Position numbers and translations under genes: made by a program. This document shows, piece after piece, positions 30,821-42,025 of a DNA stretch of 64,000 nucleotides (positions are counted from its first letter, which is position 1; each line of letters begins with the position of its first letter). Below the pieces are notes generated by a model. It was not told the DNA's origin. It saw only the letters and a list, made by a program, of their open reading frames with translations, and searched no databases. Source of the stretch: Candidatus Hodarchaeota archaeon (GTDB lineage: Archaea > Asgardarchaeota > Lokiarchaeia > Sigyniarchaeales > SOKP01); the NCBI GenBank assembly GCA_048887225.1, contig JBHLJY010000002.1, positions 347,773 through 411,772 of the forward strand, read 5' to 3'.

Positions 30821-31459
30821 ATGAAGAAAGTTGCAGTTTCTTTACATGCAACGGATAATTTCGACCCTATGACTATTAAAGATTTAAAAGGGCTTGATTA
30901 TATTCATGTAGATGTAATGGATGGAGAATTCGTTGAAAATAAACAAAATAACTTAAATATTTTCAAATTATTGAAAGAGAACTATGATATACCAATAATA
31001 AGTCATTTGATGGTAAATAATCCCCTTGTTTATATTGATAAAGTCATTGATGATATTAATGTCTTTATTTTCCATTATGAGTCAAAAGGGGATAAAGAGG
31101 TAATTATAAATAAAATAAAAAAGCATAATAAAAAAGTTGGAATTGCTATAAATCCTGATACAAATCTTCCGAAAATATTACCTTACTTAAATAAAATAGA
31201 TATTATTTTAATAATGTCCGTATATCCTGGGTGGTCAGGACAAAAATTTATATGGGAAATCCCTGATAAAATTAATTTATTATTAGCTTATAGGCAAAAA
31301 AATAAATTAAAATTTAAAATTGACGTCGATGGGGGAGTGAATCCTGAAAATGCAAAATTAATAAATGCAGATATTTTAACGAGCGCAAGCGCTATTTTAA
31401 ATGCGAAAGATCCTAATTCAGTAATTCACTTATTAAAGGTTTCCGAGGAATTTGATTAA
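30821..31459 (+). CDS. rpe: ribulose-phosphate 3-epimerase
   Basis: HVDVMDG, HLMV, MSVYPGWSGQKF, VDGGVN; ATG at 30821. Confidence 0.9.
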   Translation: MKKVAVSLHATDNFDPMTIKDLKGLDYIHVDVMDGEFVENKQNNLNIFKLLKENYDIPIISHLMVNNPLVYIDKVIDDINVFIFHYESKGDKEVIINKIKKHNKKVGIAINPDTNLPKILPYLNKIDIILIMSVYPGWSGQKFIWEIPDKINLLLAYRQKNKLKFKIDVDGGVNPENAKLINADILTSASAILNAKDPNSVIHLLKVSEEFD

Positions 31460-31997
31460 TAAAAAAAAAAAGGCAATTTTTTTAGATAGAGATGGTGTTA
31501 TTAACAAAGAAATAAGTTATATCTCTAATCCAGACGATTTTGAATTTATTGAAGGCTCAATAGAAGCTCTTAAAATTTTAAAAGAAAAAAATTTCTTATT
31601 AATCGTTATTACAAATCAAGCGGGTATTGCCCGTGGGTATTATACTGAAGAAATGCTTAAAAAAATTCATAATAAAATGACTCGTATACTAAAACAAAAT
31701 AATATCGTATTAGATGATATTTTCTATTGTCCTCATCATCCAGACATCACGGGAATATGTGATTGTAGAAAACCTAAACCAGGGATGATCATTAAAGCTA
31801 AAAATAAATATAATATAGATCTACAGAGTTCTTTCATGGTGGGAGATACTTTAAATGATATCGAAGCTGGTTTGAACGCTAAATGTAAAACTATTTTAGT
31901 TTTGACTGGTTATGGTTCTGAAGAAGAAAAAAAAATTGGTCCTATAAAACCAGATTTAATTTTTAAAAATTTATTAGACTTTGCTCAAAATGTATAA
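31452..31997 (+). CDS. gmhB: heptose-1,7-bisphosphate phosphatase (HAD)
   Basis: FLDRDGVIN, TNQAGI, CPHHP..CDCRKPKPGM, MVGD. Confidence 0.92.
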   Translation: MINKKKKAIFLDRDGVINKEISYISNPDDFEFIEGSIEALKILKEKNFLLIVITNQAGIARGYYTEEMLKKIHNKMTRILKQNNIVLDDIFYCPHHPDITGICDCRKPKPGMIIKAKNKYNIDLQSSFMVGDTLNDIEAGLNAKCKTILVLTGYGSEEEKKIGPIKPDLIFKNLLDFAQNV

Positions 31998-32043
31998 TTA
32001 TAATCATAATTTATAATCAAATAAAAAGCAAGTTATTAAGAAA

Positions 32044-32703
32044 ATGAAATTTTTTATAGATACAGCAAATTTGGACCAAATTAAAGAAATGCAAGAATTA
32101 GGAATTATTGATGGTGTAACTACAAATCCAACGTTACTTTCAAAGGAGGGCACCGAACCAAGAGAACAATTGAGGAAGATTTGTGAGATTGTTGATGGAC
32201 CAGTCAGTGCTGAAGTAATAGGATTAAAAACAGAAGAAATGGTAAGAGAAGCTAGAGAGCTAGCGAAGCTTGCACCAAATATTGTAATTAAAATTCCTAT
32301 GACAAAAGAAGGGATTAAAGCAGTAAAAATTCTTGAGCCTGAAGGTATAAAAACCAATGTAACACTCGTTTTCTCTCAAAATCAAATTTTAATTGCAGCT
32401 AAAGCAGGTGCTTCTTATATTAGTCCTTTTATTGGTAGATTGATGGATAACGGACAAAATGAACTCGATATGTTATGGGAATCAATGGAAATTATGGATG
32501 CATATGATTTCAAATCAGAAATAATTGTCGCATCAGTAAGAAACTCACGACATGTAATAGAAGCGGCAAAAATGGGGGCCCATATTGCTACTATTCCATT
32601 TGACGTATTAGAGAAAATGTTTAAGCATCCTAACACAGATCAAGGATTAGAAGCATTTCTAAAAGATTGGGAAAAATTACAAAGTGAATTGAAAAACAAA
32701 TAA
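32044..32703 (+). CDS. tal: transaldolase (TalC/FSA family, transaldolase-type E/F residues)
   Basis: FIDTAN, GVTTNP, SAEV, VIKIP, NVTLVF, SPFIGR, ASVR. Confidence 0.92.
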   Translation: MKFFIDTANLDQIKEMQELGIIDGVTTNPTLLSKEGTEPREQLRKICEIVDGPVSAEVIGLKTEEMVREARELAKLAPNIVIKIPMTKEGIKAVKILEPEGIKTNVTLVFSQNQILIAAKAGASYISPFIGRLMDNGQNELDMLWESMEIMDAYDFKSEIIVASVRNSRHVIEAAKMGAHIATIPFDVLEKMFKHPNTDQGLEAFLKDWEKLQSELKNK

Positions 32704-32715
32704 TTTATCCTAAAA

Positions 32716-33711
32716 ATGACGCTTGTTGAAAAAATAGATTTCAAAAACAGGAAGGTATTAATTATTGGAGAGGCCTCAATTGATAAGTATGTTGTGGGCT
32801 CTGCCAATAGAATTAGTCCTGATGCACCAGTTCCTAATATTAAGATAGAAGAAAATTTAAACTATATTGGCGGGATTGGTTTAGCAGTACAATATATTAA
32901 ATCGCTAGGTGGCATTCCAGAAGTTTGTACAATTGTAGGAAATGATTTTGAAGGAGACTTTTTTTTAAAGAAAATTAAAGCACTTAATATTGATTCTTCT
33001 GGGATAATTATAGATGATAATATTTACACTCCACAAATTACTCGAATAAGGGCAATGAATCAACAATTACTTCGACTAGAAACTGATTACTCAAGTGTTA
33101 TTCCAGAATCTCTAATTAAAAAATTTTTTAATATTGTTGAGACGAGATCTTCAGATTTGGAATCAATTTTAATATTAAATTATGGGATAGGAGGATTATT
33201 TGAAGATATTTTTATTCAAAAATTATTGAGTAAATTAAAAGAGATATATAAAGAAATTCCAATTATTGCTCGTCCAGATTTGTCTAATTATTATATTTAT
33301 GAGAATATTGATTTGATAAAGATGAATCTTCAAAAAGCACTTCAAACTTTTTCAATTGATTGTTGCACTGAAACCAGCATTTCTATCATAGGAAATAAAA
33401 TTCTAAACTCAGCAAAATGTAAAAATGTTCTATTAAGCTATTTAGATTCTAATTCTTTCCTTATATCTAAAGATACTGAAAAATTAATAACATTTAATCC
33501 TATTATAAAAGGACCAGTTAGAAGTTATGTGTCTGTAGGAAGCATTATTATGGCAATTTTAAGTCTAAGTTATGCTTCAGGAATTTCAGTTACAGAAGGG
33601 GTTAGAATAGCCCTATTTGGTGCAGCGCTCTCTGCTACTTTACCTCCAATTGAGTTTTTTAATTCAAAAAAGCTTTGTGACTATATTTTAGCACAATCAA
33701 ATAAAACTTAA
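32716..33711 (+). CDS. HldE/RfaE kinase-domain homolog (ribokinase fold) with degenerate active-site motif
   Basis: RISPDAPVP, QQLLRL. The DVTGAGD motif is replaced by SYVSVGS. Confidence 0.75.
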   Translation: MTLVEKIDFKNRKVLIIGEASIDKYVVGSANRISPDAPVPNIKIEENLNYIGGIGLAVQYIKSLGGIPEVCTIVGNDFEGDFFLKKIKALNIDSSGIIIDDNIYTPQITRIRAMNQQLLRLETDYSSVIPESLIKKFFNIVETRSSDLESILILNYGIGGLFEDIFIQKLLSKLKEIYKEIPIIARPDLSNYYIYENIDLIKMNLQKALQTFSIDCCTETSISIIGNKILNSAKCKNVLLSYLDSNSFLISKDTEKLITFNPIIKGPVRSYVSVGSIIMAILSLSYASGISVTEGVRIALFGAALSATLPPIEFFNSKKLCDYILAQSNKT

Positions 33712-33735
33712 TCAAAAAATATTGAATTTAATAGA

Positions 33736-34590
33736 ATGAGCTTAGATAAAGCTGAAGAAAAGCGAGTTTTAATTGAAATCTTGGAAATTAAAAAAGATAT
33801 TTTAAAAATGATATATCTTGCCCAATCTGGGCATCCAGGAGGCTCATTATCATGTGTTAATATCTTATATGTGCTATATAATAAGATTATGAGAATAAAT
33901 AGAAGTGATCCTCTATGGAAAGACAGAGATATATTTATTTTAAGTAAAGGGCATGCAGCACCCGCTTTATATGCTGTTTTATCAAATTTTGGTTATATCA
34001 ATAGAGAAGAATTATTTACTCTTAGAAAATTTGGCTCCAATTTACAAGGGCATCCTGTTAAAAATAAAAATCTTGGGATTGAAATTACGACAGGTTCTTT
34101 AGGAATGGGGCTTTCAATTGGAGTTGGATGTGCATTAGCAACAAAATTAGATAAAAACGAAGAGAAATATATTTATGTTTTATTAGGTGATGGTGAGTTA
34201 AACGAGGGAGCTGTATGGGAAGCTGCAATGGCTGCTTGCCATTATAAATTAGATAATTTAATCGCTATAATTGATCGAAATGGGATTCAATTAGATGGTT
34301 CAACAGAAGAAATCATGGCTTTAGAACCCTTAGCCGAAAAGTGGAGAGCTTTTGGTTGGGAAGTTATAGAAATCGATGGTTCAAATATAAACGATATGAT
34401 TCAGGGATTTAATAAGTCTAAAAGTATTATTAAAAAACCTAAAGTTATTATTTCATATCTTATTAAGGGTGCTGATGTTTCATTTATGGAACATACTCGT
34501 AAATATCATGGGAGGGCATTAACTAAACAAGAATATGACGCGGCAATAAAAGAAATTGAAATCATTAAGAAAAATTTTAGCGGAGGATAA
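33736..34590 (+). CDS. transketolase N-terminal subunit
   Basis: SGHPGGSLS, LSKGHA, LQGHP, TGSLGMG, GDGELNEG. Confidence 0.93.
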   Translation: MSLDKAEEKRVLIEILEIKKDILKMIYLAQSGHPGGSLSCVNILYVLYNKIMRINRSDPLWKDRDIFILSKGHAAPALYAVLSNFGYINREELFTLRKFGSNLQGHPVKNKNLGIEITTGSLGMGLSIGVGCALATKLDKNEEKYIYVLLGDGELNEGAVWEAAMAACHYKLDNLIAIIDRNGIQLDGSTEEIMALEPLAEKWRAFGWEVIEIDGSNINDMIQGFNKSKSIIKKPKVIISYLIKGADVSFMEHTRKYHGRALTKQEYDAAIKEIEIIKKNFSGG

Positions 34591-34597
34591 TCGTGTA

Positions 34598-35536
34598 ATG
34601 TCTGAAACTGCTTTAAGGGATACTTTTGGAAATTATATGATAGAAATCGGGAAAAAATATAAAGACGTTGTAGTCTTGGATGCAGATTTATCTAGTTCCA
34701 CTAGGACTTTTAAATTTGCAGAGGTTTTTCCTAATAGATTCTTTAATATGGGTGTCGCTGAGCAGAATATGTTAGGAACAGCTTTAGGATTTGCTATCTC
34801 TGGAAAAATTCCCGTTGTAAGCGGTTTTTCTATTTTTACGACTGGTCGAGCATGGGAGTTTATTAGATTAGCTTGTCATGACAACTTAAATGTTAAAATT
34901 GTGACGACCCATGGAGGATTTGTAGGGGAAGATGGAAGTACTCATCATGCATTAGAAGATTTAAGTTTAATGTCAACTCTCCCAAATTTAACAGTTTTAA
35001 TCCCCGCAGATAATAATGACCTTGTTCAAATGCTTAAATATGCTTTAGATGAGAATGGACCATTTTATATAAGATTACCTAGAGGCTCTTTTCCAGCGAT
35101 TCATGATAAAAATTATAAATTTAAATTTGGGAAACCAGATATATTGATGGAAGGAAGAGATATTTGTTTGATCGGAACCGGATACGGAAGTATATTAGCT
35201 TATAATTCTATTCAAGAAATTCAAAATTCTTTAAAAATATCTATTAAAGTAATAAATCTCTCTACTATCAAGCCGATTGACGAAAAGGAATTGATTAAAG
35301 AAATTTCTAATGTAAAAGCAATAGTTATAATTGAAGAACATAATATTTATTGTGGTGTAGGGAGTATTTTAGCTAGAATAATCTCTAAAAACTGTCCAAA
35401 ACCAATGAGATTTATTGGAATAGATAATTATTTTGGAGAATCAGGAGAAAGAGAAGCATTGATTGATGCATATGGTTTAAATATTAAAAGTATTAAAAGA
35501 GAAATAAAAAATTTGTTAAAGCATTCAAATAAATAA
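34598..35536 (+). CDS. transketolase C-terminal subunit
   Basis: DADLSSST, GVAEQNM, GEDGSTH, EEH, FGESG. Confidence 0.92.
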   Translation: MSETALRDTFGNYMIEIGKKYKDVVVLDADLSSSTRTFKFAEVFPNRFFNMGVAEQNMLGTALGFAISGKIPVVSGFSIFTTGRAWEFIRLACHDNLNVKIVTTHGGFVGEDGSTHHALEDLSLMSTLPNLTVLIPADNNDLVQMLKYALDENGPFYIRLPRGSFPAIHDKNYKFKFGKPDILMEGRDICLIGTGYGSILAYNSIQEIQNSLKISIKVINLSTIKPIDEKELIKEISNVKAIVIIEEHNIYCGVGSILARIISKNCPKPMRFIGIDNYFGESGEREALIDAYGLNIKSIKREIKNLLKHSNK

Positions 35537-35559
35537 AAATAATTTATCTAATTTTAAAT

Positions 35560-36495
35560 TTAAGTTGTTAATTTTATAAAAACATCATCTAGACTAGGTT
35601 TTAACTCGCTTAAATGTGTTATCGGGTACCTTTTTAAAAAATCAAGTAATTTTGGAAAGCATTTCCTACTATCAATCATAAAAAGAACATTATCGTTATC
35701 AGTACTTAATCCACTAACATACTCTAATTGATTTAAGGATTTAATGATATCAGTATTACTATTTGCTAAGCTTATTTCTATTTTTATTTTATCAGCAATT
35801 ATCTTTTTAAAATTTTCTTGAGTATCAATTTTTAAAATTTTTCCTTCTCGAAGAAATGCTATTCTATCACATATTCTTGATACTACATCCATTTGATGAG
35901 ATGTCAAAAAAATAGTTACCTTGAGGTTCTTCAAAATATTAATAACATCTTTCACAGTTATTGGATCTAATCCTAACATAGGCTCATCTAAGAATAGTAT
36001 TTTTGGTTCTATTAATAATACTCTTGCTAGAGCTAATTTTAATTTCATACCTCGAGAGTACTTTTCAACATATTGATTTATCCAGTTTGATAAATTTAAT
36101 TTCTCAGCTAAAATTTGTATTTTTGTTTTAAAATCTTTTATACCATAAAGTCTACAATAAAATTTTAAATTTTTATATCCTGTTAATCTATGATAAATCA
36201 TTTCACCACCAAGCATTAAACCAACATTTTCTCGTACTATCCAAGCATCTTTTAAAATATTATGACCCAAGATTGTAGCGTATCCACTACTCGGTTGGAG
36301 AAGAGTAGATAAAATTGATATTAAAGTTGTTTTACCAGCACCATTAGGACCAAGCAAACCAAATATTTCTTTATTTTTAACTTTTAAATTAATATTATCT
36401 AAGGCTTGTATTGATTTCCCTTTTCCTTTAAGAGTATATATTTTAGATATATTAAATATCTCGATATCATACTTATAGGATTGTTTTATACTCAT
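35560..36495 (-). CDS. ABC-2 transporter ATP-binding protein
   Basis: GPNGAGKT, YSRGM, LFLDEP, SH. Confidence 0.92.
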   Translation of the reverse strand: MSIKQSYKYDIEIFNISKIYTLKGKGKSIQALDNINLKVKNKEIFGLLGPNGAGKTTLISILSTLLQPSSGYATILGHNILKDAWIVRENVGLMLGGEMIYHRLTGYKNLKFYCRLYGIKDFKTKIQILAEKLNLSNWINQYVEKYSRGMKLKLALARVLLIEPKILFLDEPMLGLDPITVKDVINILKNLKVTIFLTSHQMDVVSRICDRIAFLREGKILKIDTQENFKKIIADKIKIEISLANSNTDIIKSLNQLEYVSGLSTDNDNVLFMIDSRKCFPKLLDFLKRYPITHLSELKPSLDDVFIKLTT

Positions 36496-36511
36496 TTTTT
36501 CATAAATTCAT

Positions 36512-37345
36512 TTAATATCCTGTTATACCATACTTTTTATATATTCTATTAAATAAATATAAAGAAATTACTGGAGCTAAAATCGTCATCAGAAGAATCA
36601 TTATTATATGAAGTGGAGTTATAAGTTTTATCGCCGCATCATAACTAATACCTAAATACCATATTAGGCGTAATAAATCAAAAATGTAATAAATAGGATT
36701 TAAGAGGATAATATATTGAACTATTTCGGGGAAAATCTCCTTAGGATAATTTGTGCAGCTAAAAAGAAAAGTAGCTTTTAAGAATAAATTCATATAAGTA
36801 ATATATTCTTCATTGGAAATAGCAAAAACTCCAATTATTAATCCAATCGATCCAAATATCAAATATATTGCAAACAAGATTAAAAGGATTAAAAATAAAT
36901 TAATTAAAGATATAGGATAAAGAATATAAGCTATAATTAAAAGTATTGAAACGGGTATCATAATAACAATTAATTCCGAAATTAGAACTCCAAATAGTAG
37001 TATAAAGCGATTTACTGGAGCGACCATAATAGCACTTAATGTTTTCCAATATTTTTCTTGTGTAAATAAATTTTGATATCTGGGAATTAATGGTTTTGAA
37101 AATTGTATAAAGTAAGCAATTAATAAGAATAGGATATAATTACTTGAATTCCAATATCCTAAACTATATCCTTTTTTAATATTAAAAATTGTACCAAATA
37201 TAATTAGAAATACAAAAAAATTAAATATTGGATTTAAAAAACGATTAAAAAATTCAGTTCTTATACGTAATTGAAGATAAAGGTTTTTCTCTATAAATGC
37301 CAATATTTGTCTAAAGTATCTTTTTATAGATTCTTTGCTAAACAT
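36512..37345 (-). CDS. ABC-2 transporter permease
   Basis: Six TM segments, EKYWKTL...AP, YP..IFP...LNP; adjacent to the ATPase. Confidence 0.85.
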   Translation of the reverse strand: MFSKESIKRYFRQILAFIEKNLYLQLRIRTEFFNRFLNPIFNFFVFLIIFGTIFNIKKGYSLGYWNSSNYILFLLIAYFIQFSKPLIPRYQNLFTQEKYWKTLSAIMVAPVNRFILLFGVLISELIVIMIPVSILLIIAYILYPISLINLFLILLILFAIYLIFGSIGLIIGVFAISNEEYITYMNLFLKATFLFSCTNYPKEIFPEIVQYIILLNPIYYIFDLLRLIWYLGISYDAAIKLITPLHIIMILLMTILAPVISLYLFNRIYKKYGITGY

Positions 37346-37720
37346 TTTTTCAATAATTATAAATTTATTTGTTATATTTCTATTTTTCCAAAATTAGAAT
37401 AATAATATATTTCTTGGAACTTTTTCATGTTTTTTATTTAATTTCAAATAATTAACAAATCTAATGATACTAACAAATTTTTTATAAATTTATCTATATT
37501 TCGATTCATCTATATTAATTCAGAACTATAAAAATTGAGATGAAAATAATATGTGGTATTTAAAAATTCTAAAATTATTTTTCAATTAAAAATAAAATAA
37601 AGAATTAATTTAAAATTGCATTTATTTTAAACAAATTACTGATTTTATGATACTTATATAAATTCTTGAATAAAATTTAATACAATAATAATTATCTGAT
37701 TGTTTTTTGGAGTGTTATCT

Positions 37721-38395
37721 ATGTGCAATGTATCTGGAATGTTGTTTTTTATAAATAACGCAAATATAGATGAATTTCAAGGAAAAAGGGTTATTGAGAT
37801 TGGTTCTAAATATGTAAATGGAACAGTAAGACCATTCATTGAGAAATACCTTAAACCAAAAGAGTATATTGGGGTAGATATAGAACCAGGTAGGTCAGTT
37901 GATATAATTTTACCAGCTGAGAATATTGTAGAATATTTTGGCAAGGAATCGTTTGATATTTTAATTTCAACAGAATTAATGGAACATGTAAAGGATTGGA
38001 AGCTTATAGTGAAAAACTTTAAAGATATTCTTATAAAAGATGGACTCATTTACATAACTACTCGATCTAGAGGATTTCCATTTCATGGTCACCCATTTGA
38101 TTTTTGGAGATACGAATTAGAAGATATCAGAGAAATTTTCTCTGATTTTGAGATAATTTTACTTAATAAAGATCATTCTTCTCCAGGGGTATTTTTTAAA
38201 GCTAAAAAACCAAAAGATTATACTCCAAATAATATAGATCATATTGAATTATATTCTATTTTATTGAGAAAAAGAATAAAATTTATTCCGAATAATTTAT
38301 CAATAAAAAAAGATCAAAATTTTAAAAAAATAAGGCATTTTATATTAAGAATTATAAGATATTTAGATAAAAAAATAAATCCTCCAAAATGTTAA
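37721..38395 (+). CDS. class I SAM-dependent methyltransferase
   Basis: VIEIGS..VNG, GVDIEPG, TELMEH, HGHPFDFWRY. Confidence 0.8.
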   Translation: MCNVSGMLFFINNANIDEFQGKRVIEIGSKYVNGTVRPFIEKYLKPKEYIGVDIEPGRSVDIILPAENIVEYFGKESFDILISTELMEHVKDWKLIVKNFKDILIKDGLIYITTRSRGFPFHGHPFDFWRYELEDIREIFSDFEIILLNKDHSSPGVFFKAKKPKDYTPNNIDHIELYSILLRKRIKFIPNNLSIKKDQNFKKIRHFILRIIRYLDKKINPPKC

Positions 38396-38712
38396 ATTTA
38401 AAAAAATAAAATCATATCTTTTAGAATTTTATAGCAATAAGATTATTTATATCTTATAAAACCTTTTTTGAGATTTATTTTAATTTCCATAATTTACTTG
38501 AATTAAAATTAAGTATTTTTAAATAGATGAAAATAATAAAGAATCTTATTTAACACTACTAAAACAAAAGATTTGATTGAAAGAATTATATAAATTAGAA
38601 TTAATTAAAAATTATTTAAAAGTGAAGTTTGAAATTTAATTTATTATAAACAATATCAACGATATATTATATTTTTAATTATTAGAAATAACATAAGCTT
38701 AATGGAAATACC

Positions 38713-39876
38713 TTGGTAAAATTATTAATTATTTTTACATTTAATATTTCTTTGAATAATGTAGAAAAATCGGGATATTTAGCGCGTGCTATAAATTACT
38801 ATAAAAAACTTACAAATCAAGATATTGAATTAACACTTCTTACTTATGGAAATTATAATGATTTAAAGTATTCTAAATTACTATCCAATGTAAAAATTCT
38901 TCCTTGTTTGAAATATATTTATTCTAAAAATTCTAAATTAAAATTCATAAAATCCTTACTCATACCATTTAAATTGAAAAGTCTTTTTAAAGATATTGAC
39001 ATTATTACAACAACTCAGATAAGAGGTAGTTGGGTTGGTATCATTGCTAAAATTCTCTATAATAAAAAAATAATTTTACGTGGAGGGTATGAGTGGTATC
39101 GAAATGTTAGGCAACGTTTTTATTTTATGGATAAGAAAAATTATTTGAATTTTTTATATAATCTTATAAAAATTTACACAATCGAATTCATTGCCTATAA
39201 ATTAGCTGACGCAATTATTTTGACAAATGAATCAGATATAGATTTTATTATTAAAGCTTTTAAACTAAAAGGAAAAAGAAAGAAAATTCAATATATCCCA
39301 AATTTTATTGATGTTAATCAATTTAAACCAAATAATCTTAAAAAAAAAGTAAATCATATATTATTTATTGGAAGATTAAGTCCAGAAAAAAATTTATTCA
39401 ATTTATTAAATGCTATTAAAAATTTACGATTTATTTCTTTAGATATAATTGGTTCTGGACCAGATGAAAATAAATTAAAAATTAAGGCTAAAGAACTCGG
39501 TATTAATATCAATTTTTTAGGGATGATCCCTAATGACCAGTTACCTAAAATAATTAATCAATACTCAATTTTTGTTTTACCCTCATTCTATGAAGGAAAT
39601 CCAAAAGTTTTATTGGAGGCAATGAGCTGTGGTTTAGCTTGTATTGGTACGAATGTAAGAGGAATAAATAATATCATAAAACATGAAAAGAATGGATATC
39701 TATGTGAAACAAATTCAACATCAATAAGTAATGCGATCTCGAAAGTATATAATAATAGAGAGTTGAGAGAAAAAATAGGAAAAGCTGCAAGAAGTTATAT
39801 AGTTAATAATTGCTCCCTAAATTCAATTATTGATAAAGAATATTCTCTATATAAATCGATTCTTAAAAAATTTTAA
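38713..39876 (+). CDS. GT4 glycosyltransferase
   Basis: IGRLSPEKN, EGNPKVLLEAMS. Confidence 0.9.
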   Translation: MVKLLIIFTFNISLNNVEKSGYLARAINYYKKLTNQDIELTLLTYGNYNDLKYSKLLSNVKILPCLKYIYSKNSKLKFIKSLLIPFKLKSLFKDIDIITTTQIRGSWVGIIAKILYNKKIILRGGYEWYRNVRQRFYFMDKKNYLNFLYNLIKIYTIEFIAYKLADAIILTNESDIDFIIKAFKLKGKRKKIQYIPNFIDVNQFKPNNLKKKVNHILFIGRLSPEKNLFNLLNAIKNLRFISLDIIGSGPDENKLKIKAKELGININFLGMIPNDQLPKIINQYSIFVLPSFYEGNPKVLLEAMSCGLACIGTNVRGINNIIKHEKNGYLCETNSTSISNAISKVYNNRELREKIGKAARSYIVNNCSLNSIIDKEYSLYKSILKKF

Positions 39877-40100
39877 TGTTATTTTCTTTTCAACTTTTTA
39901 TTCAATTCTAATAAAATAAGTGTTCTAATTATATATTTTAAATTATTTTAATTTCTTAAAAATAGCGAGAACAAGATAAATCAGTAAAAGTAGTAAAGCT
40001 CAATAAATTAATATAATCAGTATTATCATCTTAATGATCAAAATTATAAAATTTTCTTAGATTACTTATTACCTAATAGTTAATTTATTTTTTTCTTATC

Positions 40101-41237
40101 TTAATTTTTTAAATTTTTATCTAAATAATTATTAATAATACCGAGTAATCTTTTTCCAATCACTTCAATTGAACAATTTTCTTTAAATAATACGTAACCA
40201 TTCTCTTTTATATTTTCTCTTAGAACATCATCATTTTTTAATTTTAAAATGGCTCTTGCTAGCGATCCTGGATTTGCACGCTCACATAAAATAATATTAT
40301 GATTATTTGTAAATAATTCCCTAATTGCAGGTGTATCACTAGATATTACAGGTATTTTCATTGCAATACATCCAACTATTTTATTTGGAATGACATGTAA
40401 AGCTTTTATAGTATTTCCAAAAATTCCTAAACCAATATCAAATTTCGACATTAATTCGGGTAATCTTTCCATTGGTACAGGATCAATAAATTCTATATTC
40501 TTAATTTTCAAAATCCTTGCTAATTTTCTATTTTTTTCATATGTTTGTCCTTTTCCGATTATAATAAAAGTTAAATCTTTATACTTTTCAAGTAAATTTG
40601 CAGATTTTATAATATATTCAATACCCTGCAATGGGATAAAAGTTCCATAAAATCCAACAATAAAACTATTGCCTTCATTTTCTTTTTTGTCTATAGGATA
40701 AAAAATTTTATCTATAGCTCCTACAAATACTCTTCTAAGCTTTTTTAAGGATACTTTAAACTTTTCATGAAAATATTTTATGTGAGAATAAGTATCTAAT
40801 ATGATATAATTCGATAAGCAACATTCTAAGAAATCCAAAAGATAATAATATAACCAATAGAATTGCTTTGGAATGATTTTTATTTTATCTGTTTTTTTTA
40901 ATTTGCGATCATAATAAAAAGTTAATAATTTAGATATATATATATCATGAATAAGAGGTACATTTTTTACTAAAGCAATTATTTTAGCGAAAATAAATGG
41001 AATAGGCGCTTTTTCTGAATAAAAAAGTATTATATCGATATCTAAATTTTTTAATTTTTTAAAATTCTTTATGAAATATTTTAATTCATTAATTTTTCCA
41101 TATTTGTAATCATTAGCATTGAATTCATAAACATTAATGTTTTGTTTTCTTAAGCCATTAATAAAAATATAATTTCGCGCATAATTCCTACTATATTTTC
41201 CAATATATAATACATTTTTAATTTTTTTAACTTTCAT
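40101..41237 (-). CDS. GT4 glycosyltransferase
   Basis: FYGTFIPLQG, LGIFG...K...VIPNK subfamily motif. Confidence 0.85.
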   Translation of the reverse strand: MKVKKIKNVLYIGKYSRNYARNYIFINGLRKQNINVYEFNANDYKYGKINELKYFIKNFKKLKNLDIDIILFYSEKAPIPFIFAKIIALVKNVPLIHDIYISKLLTFYYDRKLKKTDKIKIIPKQFYWLYYYLLDFLECCLSNYIILDTYSHIKYFHEKFKVSLKKLRRVFVGAIDKIFYPIDKKENEGNSFIVGFYGTFIPLQGIEYIIKSANLLEKYKDLTFIIIGKGQTYEKNRKLARILKIKNIEFIDPVPMERLPELMSKFDIGLGIFGNTIKALHVIPNKIVGCIAMKIPVISSDTPAIRELFTNNHNIILCERANPGSLARAILKLKNDDVLRENIKENGYVLFKENCSIEVIGKRLLGIINNYLDKNLKN

Positions 41238-41263
41238 ATTATAGTAAATTGAAAGATTAATAA

Positions 41264-42025
41264 TTATTTAATTAATGAGAGATAATAAGCGCTCTGTCCG
41301 TCAGTTTCATTTCTATATTCGAAATAATCGATATTAAAATCATTATTATTAATAATAGATTCAAAATATTTTTTATCATAACATACACAATGTAATGGGC
41401 CTGACCAATTCTTATCAAAATATTTAGGATTTATCATCATATCAGGAATATTTTCTTCAATAAATGCAGTTAAGAAGATTTTACCAGATTTAACTAAAAT
41501 CCTTTTAAATTCCTTTAAATAAGTATCAATATCCTCTATAGTCATATGAGAGAATACTGAATATAAATAAATTAAATCGAATTCTTTATTTTTAAACGGA
41601 AATGAAAACTTATTATTAATATTTTTTCCATTAGGATTATATCGCAAATTTTTGACATTAATATAAATAAAATGAAAATTCGGATGTTTTTTAGTTATAT
41701 GATATTTACACCAGTTAATCGATTTCCGATCTACATCAATTCCAGTATAATTTTGAATATCACCAATTTTACTCAAAATTCCAATTGGTAAACGTCCTAC
41801 ACCACAACCAACATCTAAAATTCGAGTATTAATATCAAAATTAAAAAATTTTTTTAGCCGTTCTATTTCTAATTGCGCAGAATTCACAAAATAGTTATTG
41901 TCTCTAAATTCAACTCCACAAAATCGAAGACTTTCTTTAGGAAGAATTAAATTATTATAAACTAAATGATCGGATATAAAAAACGATTTTAATTTATTTT
42001 TTAGTTTATTAATGGCTGAGAACAT
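41264..42025 (-). CDS. class I SAM-dependent methyltransferase
   Basis: ILDVGCGVGRL, YNPNG, SVFSHM. Confidence 0.85.
   Translation of the reverse strand: MFSAINKLKNKLKSFFISDHLVYNNLILPKESLRFCGVEFRDNNYFVNSAQLEIERLKKFFNFDINTRILDVGCGVGRLPIGILSKIGDIQNYTGIDVDRKSINWCKYHITKKHPNFHFIYINVKNLRYNPNGKNINNKFSFPFKNKEFDLIYLYSVFSHMTIEDIDTYLKEFKRILVKSGKIFLTAFIEENIPDMMINPKYFDKNWSGPLHCVCYDKKYFESIINNNDFNIDYFEYRNETDGQSAYYLSLIK

Noticed and set aside
39945-40030. Hydrophobic minus-strand frame interrupted by TGA (possible Sec readthrough or membrane-gene remnant)
   Set aside because: Low complexity, no redox-motif context and no SECIS-like structure seen.
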